Below are positions 1 to 13,204 of a stretch of 64,000 bases of DNA, in pieces. The position numbers and the translations under genes were made by a program. Positions within the stretch are counted from its first letter, which is position 1, and each line of letters opens with the position of its first letter. The stretch is taken from the NCBI RefSeq assembly GCF_001194135.2, contig NC_068998.1, positions 4,684,503-4,748,502 of the forward strand, written 5' to 3'. The stretch comes from Octopus bimaculoides. Its lineage: Eukaryota. The notes under the pieces were generated by a model. It was not told the origin of the DNA and ran no database searches. It saw only the letters and a program-made list of their open reading frames with translations.

Positions 1-60
<60 letters not shown>
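1..60 (+). repeat. (CA)n microsatellite; representative of dozens of CA/TA/GA/CATA tracts in the window
   Basis: Read directly from the sequence. Confidence 0.95.
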
Positions 61-62
<2 letters not shown>

Positions 63-198
63 TTCAGGCCTTACTCAATGTTCTGAGATTTGTATGAAAT
101 AACGTTTGCTCTACGTTATGATATGTATAGTTGGGGTGATGCAAATACGAAAATACAACACAGAACATATATTTTCATTATTAATTTATCAATAGCAA

Positions 199-410
199 GG
201 CGCCGAACTGGGAGAGTCCTTAGCTCGCCGAATAAAACGCTTAGCAGCATTTCATCCGTCTTTTATTTTCTGAGTTCAAATTTCGCCGAGATCGGCTTTG
301 CTTTTCATCCTTCGAAGGTCTATAAAATAAGTACCAGTTGAGTACTGGGGTCAATGCAATCGAGTTAACTACGTCCTTTGAAATTGCTGGTCTTGCAGCA
401 AAATTTGAAA
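199..410 (+). mobile_element. tRNA-derived SINE, family A (head GGCGGCGAGCTGGCAGAATCG...), diverged
   Basis: Alignable to the copies at 32082-32844 (…GAGTTCAAATT…TTTCATCCTT…AAGTACCAG…AAATTTGAAA). Confidence 0.8.
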
Positions 411-630
411 TCGTTATCGATAATCGGCAAAAAGGCAGCGAAGTTTCAGACCTTGTGCCTATGGTAGAAAATGATTATTACTAATCGGCAGAAGTCACAG
501 ATTTATTAACAGGTTTCAAATTTTAGCGGCAAGCCAGAAATTTCGGGGGACGGAGTAGTATTTTATACAACGGTAGGATAAAATACAATGTCAAAGCTGA
601 CAGGCAGGATTTGGACTCAGTCATTAATCA

Positions 631-726
631 ACGTGGTGATCTAGTAGTTAGGTTGTTGCACTGACGATCGCTAGGTAATGGGTTCGATTCCCGGACCGGT
701 CGGCGTGTTGTGTTCTTGAGCAAACC
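631..726 (+). mobile_element. 5' tRNA-like head of SINE family C
   Basis: GGTTCGATTCC B-box followed by GTTGTGTTCTTGAGCAAA, as in the copy at 45625. Confidence 0.6.
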
Positions 727-929
727 TGATGATGATGATGATGATAGTGGTTTTAAACATTGGCATAAGGCTAGTTATTTTAGAATGTAGGAGCTAACTG
801 CATGATTATAATATCATGATTTCAGTTTGCATGTTAACAAAAATATTAATGATTGAAGTTAAACAACGTTTCAAGGTATATATTTAAGAAGATTAATTAA
901 TGAGTTACTTTGATTAGTTATCATTAGTC

Positions 930-997
930 ATGTTCATACAAAATCTCGCAAGGAGTGAATCAATTCTATCCCTGTTTTCTGCACCCAGAACAGCAAA
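930..997 (+). CDS. FGF8/17/18: Candidate first coding exon of the FGF gene (MFIQNLARSESILSLFSAPRTA-K, ends phase 2); alternatively a 9-nt microexon at 989-997
   Basis: ATG at 930 follows an in-frame TAG (915-917). The frame stays open to a strong donor AA|GTAAGC at 998, and phase 2 matches the next exon. SAPRTA resembles FGF8 exon-1A GSPRSA. No transcript evidence, so the true first exon could lie outside the window. Confidence 0.35.
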
Positions 998-1444
998 GTA
1001 AGCGAGCTTTCCATTATGTAAATTAGGCGAAAATATTTCGCTGCCGACAGCGGCAATATGCACTGAAGTGAATAGGATGTAGTAATGGTAGTGTAACGGC
1101 TGATGTGTTTTGTTGTTGGTTAAAGTTGCAAGTGGAGAGTCATTGATGGATATTAATGTTTTATTGCTGACATTATTGGGATTGCAATTTACAGTTTGTT
1201 AAGTGAGCCGACATATTTTCTGTTATGTAATTTTGTATTTCATCTGTCTATTAACTACGTATTTGCATAGGCAAGCAAACATACGGTGCATATATATAAA
1301 TACATACGCATGCGTATATGAGCATGCATATATAATGTATACATTTTTGAGCTCATATATATATATATATATAGTGAAAACAATGTGAAAACAAAGTGAT
1401 TATTTTGAAAGTATTTAGTACGTACGTTTCAGGTCTGCGTAATA

Positions 1445-1818
1445 TTGTTGGCACTCCGTCGCTTACGACGTCGAGGGTTCCAGTTCAACGGAACAGCCTG
1501 CTCGTGAAATTAACGTGCAAGTGGCTGAGCACTCCACAGACACGTGTACCCTTAACGTAGTTCTCGGGGGATATTCAGCGTGACACAGTGTGACAAGGCT
1601 GGCCCTTTGAATTACAGGCACAACAGAAACAGGAAGTAAAAGTAAGAGAAAGTTGTGTTGAAAGAATACAGCAGGGTTCGCCACCATCCCCTGCCGGAGC
1701 CTCGTGGTTCTTTAGGTGTTTTCGTTCAATAAACACTCACAACGCCCGGTCTGGGAATCGAAACCGCGATCCTATGACCGCGATTCCGCTGCCCTAACCA
1801 CTGGGCCATTGCACCCCC
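1445..1818 (-). mobile_element. Near full-length tRNA-derived SINE, family E (likely tRNA-Arg-related, octopus OR-type)
   Basis: The minus strand begins GCAATGGCCCAGTGGTTAGGG (A-box) ... GGTTTCGATTCC (B-box). The 3' body is nearly identical to 59436-59677. Confidence 0.85.
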
Positions 1819-2455
1819 ACATATATGTATATACACACACAATCGAGATAGATGATAACATTGCTGTAGACAAATTCCCCTACACCCCCACACACAAACA
1901 CGAAAGAACCGCATATATGTTATGTGTGTATGTATGTCGAAATTCCTAACATGCACAAGTATATGTCTGAGGTCTTGCTAAGACTTATATCCTTACAAGA
2001 CGAAACCAGTCGGCCACAAATATTATCATGGACAAATACTTCAAATACTTTCCTCTTTTATGTTTGTTCTTTTTCTTCTTTTTTTTGTTTTGTTTTGTTT
2101 CACTCGTTTGATGTGTATCGATGACAAACATGTGTCCAGTCAACTGATTGACCTTTACAAATATATCTATTCTATTTTTATCTACACTCACTCAGAGGTA
2201 TAGATTAGACGTGTGTATGTATCAGACGTGATATGTGTGTGTGTGTGTGTGTGTGTATGTGTGTGTGTGTACGTATCTTGTCTAGACATATTTTCTGTTT
2301 CCTTTTACACATGAACACAGTTCAACTAACACTATCGTATAGACACACACAAAAGTACTCATACACATACACACACGCGCACACGCACACACAGATACAT
2401 TTATGTACGTATTTTGTGTGTGTGTGTTCCGGGTTTTGTAGACGCGGGTTTTGTA

Positions 2456-2552
2456 GGCGTGGCTTCGTGGTGAATAGTTTGCTTCCAGCCACATAGTTCC
2501 GGGTTCAGTCCCACTGCGTGGCACCTTGGGCAAGTGTCTTCTACTATAGCCT
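2456..2552 (+). mobile_element. SINE family B 5' fragment (head GGCGCAGGAGTGGCTGTGTGG..., core GGCACCTTGGGCAAGTGTC)
   Basis: Matches the 5' part of the full copy at 39347-39764. Confidence 0.8.
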
Positions 2553-2978
2553 GAAAAAGGCTGCCCACACCCTCTTAGCAGCTAGGAGAGGGGTATGTTT
2601 CACATTGTAGAGCTGGATGAAGGAGTTCCCTACTGTAAGGCGGGAAGAAGAGAGATGCATACTGTAGGCTTAGCAGTAAGGGACTCGTCTTACTGGATCG
2701 AGAGATTGAGTTCATATTGCTGGTCTGTTAAGATGGTGGCATACATTGTAAAATTAAAATCATTTGTGAATTATTGTAAAATTTGGAGAAGGGAGGGAGG
2801 GCATTTGTAAGACAGGAAGGAAAGAGCGCGTATTGTAGGGCTGGCCCAGGAAATCGAATATTCTGGTGCCGGCCCTTAGAAAACCAGAAAAATCTGAGAT
2901 GAAGTGATGAAGAGAATAATTTCTGTGGTTGGTCGCGAAGGACTGAAAAGATGGTGGAAAGTTAAACCGGCTCAATGG

Positions 2979-3375
2979 TTATTCTTTCATTCGTTAATTC
3001 TTTTGCTTGTTTCAGTCATTTAACTGCAGCCATGCTGGAGCACCGCTTTTTAGTCGATCAAATCTGCACGAAGACTTATTCTTTGTAAGCCTAGTATTTA
3101 TTCTATGGGTCTCTTTTGCTGAACCGCTAGTTAGGGGACGTAAACACACCAACATCGCTTGTCAAGTGATGGGGGGTGGGACACATACATATACACACAC
3201 ACGCACGCGCGCACACACACACACACACAGACACATATATACGACAGGTTTCTTTGAGTTTCCGTCTACCAAATCCACTCACAAGGCTTTGATCGGCCCG
3301 ACGCTATAGTACAAACTGAACCCGAAACCATGTGGTTGGGAAGCAAGCTTCTTACCACATAGCCACGCCTGCGCC
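2979..3375 (-). mobile_element. SINE family B, near full length with an internal deletion
   Basis: The reverse complement aligns with 39347-39764, including the internal microsatellite and 3' tail. Confidence 0.85.
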
Positions 3376-3917
3376 TTCCCCCCCCCCCAGTTTTATATAG
3401 TTTATATACACAGGTATCTATTTTTTTAGTTTATATAAACAAAATANNNNNNNNNNNNNNNNNNNNNNNNNNNNNNNNNNNNNNNNNNNNNNNNNNNNNN
3501 NNNNNNNNNNNNNNNNNNNNNNNNNNNNNNNNNNNNNNNNNNNNNNNNNNNNNNNNNNNNNNNNNNNNNNNNNNNNNNNNNNNNNNNNNNNNNNNNNNNN
3601 NNNNNNNNNNNNNNNNNNNNNNNNNNNNNNNNNNNNNNNNNNNNNNNNNNNNNNNNNNNNNNNNNNNNNNNNNNNNNNNNNNNNNNNNNNNNNNNNNNNN
3701 NNNNNNNNNNNNNNNNNNNNNNNNNNNNNNNNNNNNNNNNNNNNNNNNNNNNNNNNNNNNNNNNNNNNNNNNNNNNNNNNNNNNNNNNNNNNNNNNNNNN
3801 NNNNNNNNNNNNNNNNNNNNNNNNNNNNNNNNNNNNNNNNNNNNNNNNNNNNNNNNNNNNNNNNNNNNNNNNNNNNNNNNNNNNNNNNNNNNNNNNNNNN
3901 NNNNNNNNNNNNNNNNN

Positions 3918-3958
<41 letters not shown>

Positions 3959-4190
3959 ATATATACATACGCATAAATATATGCAATGTAACCGTTATAT
4001 ATGTGCGTGTGTATGTGTATGGTCAATGTAAACACGTTTTATCTGAAGATGTGTTGAAAACCAAATTAAACATTGACAAATAATGAAGAGAATACGTAGA
4101 TTAGAGTTAAATATTTACTTCTTTATTACGTCGTGAGAAGGGTGCAAGTACACTGCGCCCAGTGTCCCCTTTTTTCAGAAATGCTGAACG

Positions 4191-4394
4191 GTGAAAGTGA
4201 AGCCTAGCAATCTAATTCATAGAAGAGAACGGATACGCTACTGGAACCGATCATGGAGGGCTTATATGTGGTATAAAGATGGAAAGGAAATGAAAGAGTT
4301 TGGAATGAGGTTATGTCTGAAAATCAGTCGTAATGGTCATGACTGGAAGGCTTTCGTTGATAGATCGCTTCTAAATGAGTTGGCTGGGGATTAA
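4191..4394 (+). mobile_element. Decayed RTE-clade LINE 3' end
   Basis: YWN...W..D.KEMKEFG...RN..DWKAFV resembles the RTE ORF C-terminus (W.P.G.R..GRP..TW...KEMKE.G...DR..WR..V). Confidence 0.4.
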
Positions 4395-5150
4395 ACAAAA
4401 AAACTATAAGAGCAAATGTGACTGTATGTAAGAAATTTGTTTCGAAACTTCGTGGTTTTGAGTTCCATCCCATTGCAATGCACATCGTTTGAGCAAGTGT
4501 GTCTTTAACATAGTCTCTTGTTGTCCGAAGTCTTCTAGGTGAAATTTGGAGAACGCAGTCTTTATGAAAGTTTGTTGAAGAAGCTATTTCCGCTTTGTTG
4601 TGGAATACCGCATTCGTCAGTGGTATTCATACAACCATTTGTTCTTTAGGTGCGTTTAGCATAACCCACTCTCTACTAAGCATCTGAACTCGTATTCTGA
4701 TCTGAAGATAACTCGCATCTGCCTTGAAGGTTCTCAGAACGTTCAAGAGCTCACCTTTGTTCCTTTATCGAATGCATTAATCCCGCCGCGAATAAATAAA
4801 TGAATAGTCTTAGTAAAGACTTGAATAATTTCATGCATGTTTTTATCATCTAAAAGGTTAGGCATATGGCATTGTTGTTGTGATCAATGTTAAGGTTAAT
4901 GAATTGTATTTTCAAGATCAGAAAATCTGATCAATGCAGACATATCGTGAAGGATCACCCAATTTATGTATAAATGTTATTTTCCAAACCAAACAGAAAA
5001 AAGCAAACAAGCACATTTCTCACCAACTTCGTTAATAATTCACTTCAATATGCTTTATTTTGTTACCATCAAGTTTTCTTTATGCATTTCCTCCTTCTGT
5101 TTTTTTTTTCTGTTTCCTTATTTATTCTTTATTCTTGCTTTATTTCGCAG

Positions 5151-5211
5151 GTTGTTGTGGTTGTTACTGCCTTTCGTATTCGTGCTGGTTCAGTCAGATA
5201 TCAATGTTCTT
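5151..5211 (+). CDS. FGF8/17/18: FGF signal-peptide exon (x-LLWLLLPFVFVLVQSDINVL), phase 2-0, equivalent to FGF8 exon 1B
   Basis: Long polypyrimidine tract ending TTTCGCAG| at 5150 and donor |GTAAGT at 5212. Encodes a hydrophobic h-region with a plausible VQS/D cleavage site and splices in frame to 26038. Confidence 0.72.
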
Positions 5212-5337
5212 GTAAGTATGACACCTAGAAATTAAATACTAAATGTGTGAATGCGCATGTTTGCGTGGGTTTTCGNNNNNNNNNNNNNNNNNNNNNNNNN
5301 NNNNNNNNNNNNNNNNNNNNNNNNNNNNNNNNNNNNN

Positions 5338-5374
<37 letters not shown>

Positions 5375-5611
5375 CATATATATATATATGCATAAGCGTG
5401 TATATTTATACAAGCATATATGCATATGCATATGTATCTATATGATCAGAATATCTACAAATGTGTGTGCATGCTGTTACCATGCATATCTACATACACA
5501 CAAGGACATGCATACATTCATATGTATGACTATACATATGCATATTTACACATACACGTATGTAATATACACGTATGCATACATATATACATATATATAT
5601 GTATACATACA

Positions 5612-5649
<38 letters not shown>

Positions 5650-7640
5650 TCAGACACATACACATGCTTGTACGTATATACACATATGTATGTATACATA
5701 GTAATTATGTAATTAACCAGCTAGGGGCATCAGCATCATATCTCGTCATGTATTACTGGGAAGTCATGGAACCATCTTATTTATCTTCATTTCAAATGAA
5801 ACTGTATACTAACACATTAGCACTACAATCGGGCATCAAGTCCATTCCTCATATCTCTCTATCCATTAAACTGCATGCCTTACATAGTATATATACATAT
5901 ATATATACAATTGTCTCTCACTTCATTTGCCATGATCTAATAAATATCATCTGGTTATATTTCTTTATCTTTTTTCCGATTGACATTTTTTACTCATCGC
6001 ATGGTATGTGACTACATTTCTTTAAAACTGAATTATATTTGCCAGTATATAAACAGTAAAAACAATATTCTCAAACTGTGATATTGTTTCACCAATTATT
6101 CTGTATCTGTTCGTCTACCTGTTTTTTCTCTCCTTCTGTCGGTCTTTCTTCCGTATATATATATATATATATACACACATATATATGGCTTTGTTTGTAT
6201 GTAGGTGTGTGTATGTGTGTGCGTGTGTGTGTGTGTGTGTATATATATACATATGTAAATGCATTTATGAATAGGCATGTATGTAAGTACATCTATTTAA
6301 TCACTCTAGATATAAATGCAGATATACATGCATAACATAGCTACGAATACACATTTATATATGCGGGTGTATACATATAAATATATTAGTACAGATATGC
6401 ACACATACACATGTGTGTTTGTATATATACATATACATACATACATACATACATACATATATGCATGTGTGTATATATATGCATAATTTCTGTAACATAC
6501 ACTAACAAAGACACACATATACAAATGTATACAAATGTGTGTGTATATATATATATATNNNNNNNNNNNNNNNNNNNNNNNNNNNNNNNNNNNNNNNNNN
6601 NNNNNNNNNNNNNNNNNNNNNNNNNNNNNNNNNNNNNNNNNNNNNNNNNNNNNNNNNNNNNNNNNNNNNNNNNNNNNNNNNNNNNNNNNNNNNNNNNNNN
6701 NNNNNNNNNNNNNNNNNNNNNNNNNNNNNNNNNNNNNNNNNNNNNNNNNNNNNNNNNNNNNNNNNNNNNNNNNNNNNNNNNNNNNNNNNNNNNNNNNNNN
6801 NNNNNNNNNNNNNNNNNNNNNNNNNNNNNNNNNNNNNNNNNNNNNNNNNNNNNNNNNNNNNNNNNNNNNNNNNNNNNNNNNNNNNNNNNNNNNNNNNNNN
6901 NNNNNNNNNNNNNNNNNNNNNNNNNNNNNNNNNNNNNNNNNNNNNNNNNNNNNNNNNNNNNNNNNNNNNNNNNNNNNNNNNNNNNNNNNNNNNNNNNNNN
7001 NNNNNNNNNNNNNNNNNNNNNNNNNNNNNNNNNNNNNNNNNNNNNNNNNNNNNNNNNNNNNNNNNNNNNNNNNNNNNNNNNNNNNNNNNNNNNNNNNNNN
7101 NNNNNNNNNNNNNNNNNNNNNNNNNNNNNNNNNNNNNNNNNNNNNNNNNNNNNNNNNNNNNNNNNNNNNNNNNNNNNNNNNNNNNNNNNNNNNNNNNNNN
7201 NNNNNNNNNNNNNNNNNNNNNNNNNNNNNNNNNNNNNNNNNNNNNNNNNNNNNNNNNNNNNNNNNNNNNNNNNNNATATATATATATATATATATATATA
7301 CTATATAGGTATGAATATAGATGGATAGATAGACAGATACGTATGTGTGTGTGTTTGTGTGTGTATGTGTTTGTGCGAATTCTCCCGTCCGTATCGAGGC
7401 ATTATAATCCGAGAGCCAGCTGTTATAACTATCTACACATATGTTTTGATTTGTTTAGTAAAGCCTTCTGTGCAACAGGCAGACCTTTCGGAAAAGCTCA
7501 CAACAGCTGCTGCGAACGTTTTCCACAATCTCAATGTACCACAAACCTCGGGATTCTTTCAATCTCTTGAGTTAGGCGTCTTTGCCACCGCTTAGATTCG
7601 AAGCCACCCTGATAAGCTAAATGAACACCTGGTTATACAA

Positions 7641-7795
7641 TGTGGCTGTGTGCTTAGAAGTTTGCCTCCTGTCTACATGACTCCGGGTTCAGTCCCACTG
7701 CGTGGCAACTTTTGGAATATGTCTTTTGCTACAGCCTCGAGGTGACCAAAGACTTGTGAGTAGATTTGGTGGACGGAAACCGGAAGATGCTTATC
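7641..7795 (+). mobile_element. SINE family B 5' half
   Basis: CCGGGTTCAGTCCCACTGCGTGGCA…GATTTGGTGGACGGAAAC. Confidence 0.75.
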
Positions 7796-7962
7796 ACACA
7801 CACACATGTACATGTGTGTGCATGTATGTGTGTGCGTATAACTGTGTGTGTTAGTATAAACAACATGCTTTAATAAGAGAGGTACTGGGATCGAACCATA
7901 CGACCATAACTCCTCAAGGCTGTTCCCCAGTCTAATGACTTTAATAAGTAAAAGATACATAC

Positions 7963-8006
<44 letters not shown>

Positions 8007-8803
8007 NNNNNNNNNNNNNNNNNNNNNNNNNNNNNNNNNNNNNNNNNNNNNNNNNNNNNNNNNNNNNNNNNNNNNNNNNNNNNNNNNNNNNNNNNNNNNN
8101 NNNNNNNNNNNNNNNNNNNNNNNNNNNNNNNNNNNNNNNNNNNNNNNNNNNNNNNNNNNNNNNNNNNNNNNNNNNNNNNNNNNNNNNNNNNNNNNNNNNN
8201 NNNNNNNNNNNNNNNNNNNNNNNNNNNNNNNNNNNNNNNNNNNNNNNNNNNNNNNNNNNNNNNNNNNNNNNNNNNNNNNNNNNNNNNNNNNNNNNNNNNN
8301 NNNNNNNNNNNNNNNNNNNNNNNNNNNNNNNNNNNNNNNNNNNNNNNNNNNNNNNNNNNNNNNNNNNNNNNNNNNNNNNNNNNNNNNNNNNNNNNNNNNN
8401 NNNNNNNNNNNNNNNNNNNNNNNNNNNNNNNNNNNNNNNNNNNNNNNNNNNNNNNNNNNNNNNNNNNNNNNNNNNNNNNNNNNNNNNNNNNNNNNNNNNN
8501 NNNNNNNNNNNNNNNNNNNNNNNNNNNNNNNNNNNNNNNNNNNNNNNNNNNNNNNNNNNNNNNNNNNNNNNNNNNNNNNNNNNNNNNNNNNNNNNNNNNN
8601 NNNNNNNNNNNNNNNNNNNNNNNNNNNNNNNNNNNNNNNNNNNNNNNNNNNNNNNATATATATATATATATATATATACACATTCATTCATTCATTCATT
8701 CAGTTTTTTTGCACAGCCTCGAAGGTCTATACATATTTTTTTCTATCTCTGCTTGTCATTTCATTATTTATTTGCCTGTATGTCTCAGTATATCCCTTTC
8801 CAA

Positions 8804-8852
<49 letters not shown>

Positions 8853-9807
8853 TGTATATATGTATATATGTATGTATACGTATATATATGAATCGATCGT
8901 AATCACCATTTCCTCCATACAGCATATCTAGAGCAAGCTTCTCCACGCTTTCTGCGTACATCTGGCAACGTTCAGTGTTCGTGCACTTTCTTTCTCTTTC
9001 AGGCGTTTCTTTTTTTTTTCCTCTGACCTAATATATTTACATATTATATAATATATTCATATCTTCAATGAAATTCAAATCTATGAACGCTACTTTCTTA
9101 TTCATTGCTTCTTTTTCCCATTGTGTCTACTTTCTTAACACACTCATTATATATATTCATGATCTATATTCGTGCATCATATTTGAGATAATTTCCATAT
9201 TATAGACATTTTCGACAAAAACATCAGTGAAACAGAAAGTGTATCTGTATTACAAGTACATACATATGTATGTTTGCATGTGTGTATATACTTATATCCA
9301 TTTATTACTATATATACGACAATCATATGTATATATATGTATGTATCTATATGTACGTGTATATGTGTATTACATTTATGTAAATATGTGTGCGTACCGT
9401 CTGTATAATATGTATACATAATGTATGCATGTATGCGTAAATAAATACTCGTATGCCAACACACATACGTATATAAAGACATGTATATGTGTATGTGTAT
9501 ATATATAAATATNNNNNNNNNNNNNNNNNNNNNNNNNNNNNNNNNNNNNNNNNNNNNNNNNNNNNNNNNNNNNNNNNNNNNNNNNNNNNNNNNNNNNNNN
9601 NNNNNNNNNNNNNNNNNNNNNNNNNNNNNNNNNNNNNNNNNNNNNNNNNNNNNNNNNNNNNNNNNNNNNNNNNNNNNNNNNNNNNNNNNNNNNNNNNNNN
9701 NNNNNNNNNATATATATAGATATATACATGTATAATTTCTTTTTCTTGTATTAGCTTCAGCTCGAGAGTTGTGGCCATGCTGAGGCACCGCCGTTAGCTT
9801 TGCTACA

Positions 9808-10600
9808 CTATCGCTGCTTTAAACCTACTTTGATATATGGCATTTGGTGAATGAGGGAGATTGATGTTGCTGCCGTCATCTGTGAGGTGGGTTCATCCGG
9901 AACTCTTGACAAGCGGAGATCCAGTTCTGTTTTAAAATCACTTATATCCACCCCATGTAGGTCTGAGGATTTGGGGGAGGATACTGAAAAGCTGTAGGCA
10001 CTTAAAAACTTAAAGCTGTTACAGTATCTGTTTCTGTATCCTGATGAAAATATTGGGATCTTTGGCACGCTGTCCTGTTTGCGTAACTTTCAACGCCATG
10101 GTACGAGTGTTTCCGAAATTTTCCACATGTATATAAGTGGACATCGTTCGGCTTTTGTTCTAAGAAGTAGCTGACATGTTGCATTGAGACGATCCCATGT
10201 GTGCAGCGTCGCTGGATTGCTTTGAGTTCCAACATTATTTTTGTATTAAGTGATGACTATAATTGAGAGCAGTGATCTAAAGGGCTGAGGGTAAATATCC
10301 TCCAGAGGACCATAGTGGATTCCTGTTCTTTCGTTATGAAAGTTCTAAGAATCTGTTTGGCCAGCCGCCTGCATTTTATCGTCAGTTTAATAATATGAAG
10401 CTGGATAGACCAGGTGGTGTGCTGATTTTGATTTGGGGATTGCAATCCTTCCTAGGGCAGTGTACCCTGCCTGATTTTCATGCAGCTTCATGTCGTGGTA
10501 CCGCAGGGCTAAGAATCTTCCAGTATTTTCTATTGACGCACACACACAGCACAAATAGAATTTTAAATTTAGAAAGGAAGTCACCGGTATTCATAGATTA
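9808..10600 (-). mobile_element. CR1/L2-clade LINE remnant (RT C-terminal region), frameshifted
   Basis: Minus-strand peptides GRFLALRY, KCRRLAKQILRTF...VLWRIF.LSPLDHCSQL, ELKAIQRR, and DLHGVDISDFKTELDLRLSRVPDEP are typical CR1/L2 post-RT motifs. Confidence 0.8.
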
Positions 10601-10809
10601 CATCATGGTATATAATCGACCATCTTCAGGTAAAATTTTAAACAGGTGGAAGCAGGTGAAATGATAGCTTGATGATGACGAATCCAAGCAGAACATCATG
10701 GTTCTTTTACCTAACTGTGAACCCTACATTATTGGACCTAGCCATGTCTGGTGTCCTACGGGCTAATGTGCCTAGATTCTACTGAATCCTATAAATAATC
10801 TCTCTCTCT

Positions 10810-10855
<46 letters not shown>

Positions 10856-11153
10856 AATGTATATATATATATATANNNNNNNNNNNNNNNNNNNNNNNNN
10901 NNNNNNNNNNNNNNNNNNNNNNNNNNNNNNNNNNNNNNNNNNNNNNNNNNNNNNNNNNNNNNNNNNNNNNNNNNNNNNNNNNNNNNNNNNNNNNNNNNNN
11001 NNNNNNNNNNNNNNNNNNNNNNNNNNNNNNNNNNNNNNNNNNNNNNNNNNNNNNNNNNNNNNNNNNNNNNNNNNNNNNNNNNNNNNNNNNNNNNNNNNNN
11101 NNNNNNNNNNNNNNNNNNNNNNNNNNNNNNNNNNNNNNNNNNNNNNNNNNNNN

Positions 11154-11185
<32 letters not shown>

Positions 11186-11648
11186 GTATATATATTTATA
11201 TATATATGTATATATATGTGTATATGTATATATATATATATATATATACATATATATATGTATATATATATATATGTATATTTATGTATGTATGTATATG
11301 TATGTATGTTTTTTCTTGTTATTGTTTCAGTTTCTTATGATATACTTATTGAGAAAAGTATTGCATCATAAAATTGATCTGTATTTTTATATATGCTTAA
11401 ATATATTTTCATGTAAATTTACGTTAAATAATCTACGTACAGAATATTTTATATATTTTAAAGGATATTTTTACCCTTTTCCTTACAACGCAACATTTCT
11501 TCTTAAAAAGAAAAAGAAAATGTTGCAAAAATCTAATAGCAATAATAATATTCGGTTACAATTCATTTTTTATATTACATCGGTAATGATAATATTAACA
11601 ATAATAATAATATTTGTGATGATGATTATGATGATGATGATGATGATG

Positions 11649-11696
<48 letters not shown>

Positions 11697-11701
11697 TCGC
11701 A

Positions 11702-11749
<48 letters not shown>

Positions 11750-12196
11750 ATAATTCTAATAACCATAACGTCTATAATTATTTCTGACAAGATTATTGCT
11801 AATAATATCTGCAATATATTAACAATAAGAATATTTACAATGACGATATTTGTGATAATAATAATGATGATGATAATAATAATAATGATAAAAATAATAA
11901 TGATGATGATAAGAATGATGATGATGAGGAGGAGGAGGAGGAGGAGGAGGACGACGACGAAAATAGTAATGATGATAATAATAATAACAACAACAACAAT
12001 AATAATTACAAAATATAGTTATGATAAGAACAAAAATAATAATTATAAAAATCATAATAATAGCTAAAGTAATAATGGTAATAATACTAACAATAACAAC
12101 ACTAACAACAATAAAAACAACGATTATTTTTTTATTCATATATATTTGTTATGCGTATATATTAACACATCAACAATACAAAAAACTAATAGTGAA

Positions 12197-12238
<42 letters not shown>

Positions 12239-12248
12239 NNNNNNNNNN

Positions 12249-12281
<33 letters not shown>

Positions 12282-12446
12282 GATAATAATAATAATAGAT
12301 GAAAAGGATTGCGAGGATAAGATTGCTATTATGAAGATGATGGCGATGATGATAATGCTTTGGATCATAAAAATAATACTAACAAGATTTAATTTCCTTT
12401 AAGTATTTGTTATTTCATTATTTCATGTCATTCTCTGAGTTTCTTT

Positions 12447-12499
12447 CCCTCTCACTCCGTCTCCCTCTCACTCCGTAGCCCTCTCACTCCGTCTCCCTC
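12447..12499 (+). repeat. 16-bp tandem repeat (CCCTCTCACTCCGT[CT/AG]) x3.3
   Basis: Read directly from the sequence. Confidence 0.85.
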
Positions 12500-13096
12500 C
12501 CCCCTCTCTATAATCCAGGTATGAATGTGTTTGTAAGCACTCACACGCACACATACAGATCTATACATACGCACACGTAAATGTTATCAAACCATTATGA
12601 GTTATAGCGAAGTTATGTTTGTTTTAGTTTATATCGCTTTCAGACATGAAGCTTATTTCATTTAAAACAAATGGGTTGTTATCGCAAGGGTTAATATGCT
12701 TATCGGATGTAATGTAGCCGGCTGATGATCAGTTTTACTTCGCCATTCAATGTGCAATGTGCCACCCTTGTCACATTAATATACCCTGAGAATTTACGTC
12801 AATTGTACACGTTTCTTATTTGTCCGCTAATTTTAAAAGTAGACAGTGTTGCTCAAACGGGATATAAATTTAACCAGTCTTGGGCCAACAAGGATTATTT
12901 TCTCTGCCCTTTCTTGCAAACTCAGGAAGGAAAGCATTGACCAATTATCGTTGAGATCGACGGAAATTCATTTTATTTATGTGCGTTTGTGTGTGAGAAT
13001 ATTAGTTACAGAAGCCAAATATTTTTCAGACGTTTGTGTACTTTATCTTTATGTATATACTCGGGGTTATTTATAGATATCTGAACACGAATTTCA

Positions 13097-13178
<82 letters not shown>

Positions 13179-13204
13179 GTCTATCTATCTGTCTATCTAT
13201 CTAT
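13097..13204 (+). repeat. (TCTA)n microsatellite
   Basis: Read directly; runs into an assembly gap. Confidence 0.95.

Noticed and set aside
2560-2900. Possible LINE endonuclease remnant (xDFN-like) on the minus strand
   Set aside because: Too degenerate to support by eye.
7459-7595. Acceptor plus open frame KPSVQQADLSEKLTTAAANVF…
   Set aside because: In the FGF phase it begins with TAA, there is no clear donor, and no homology is recognised.
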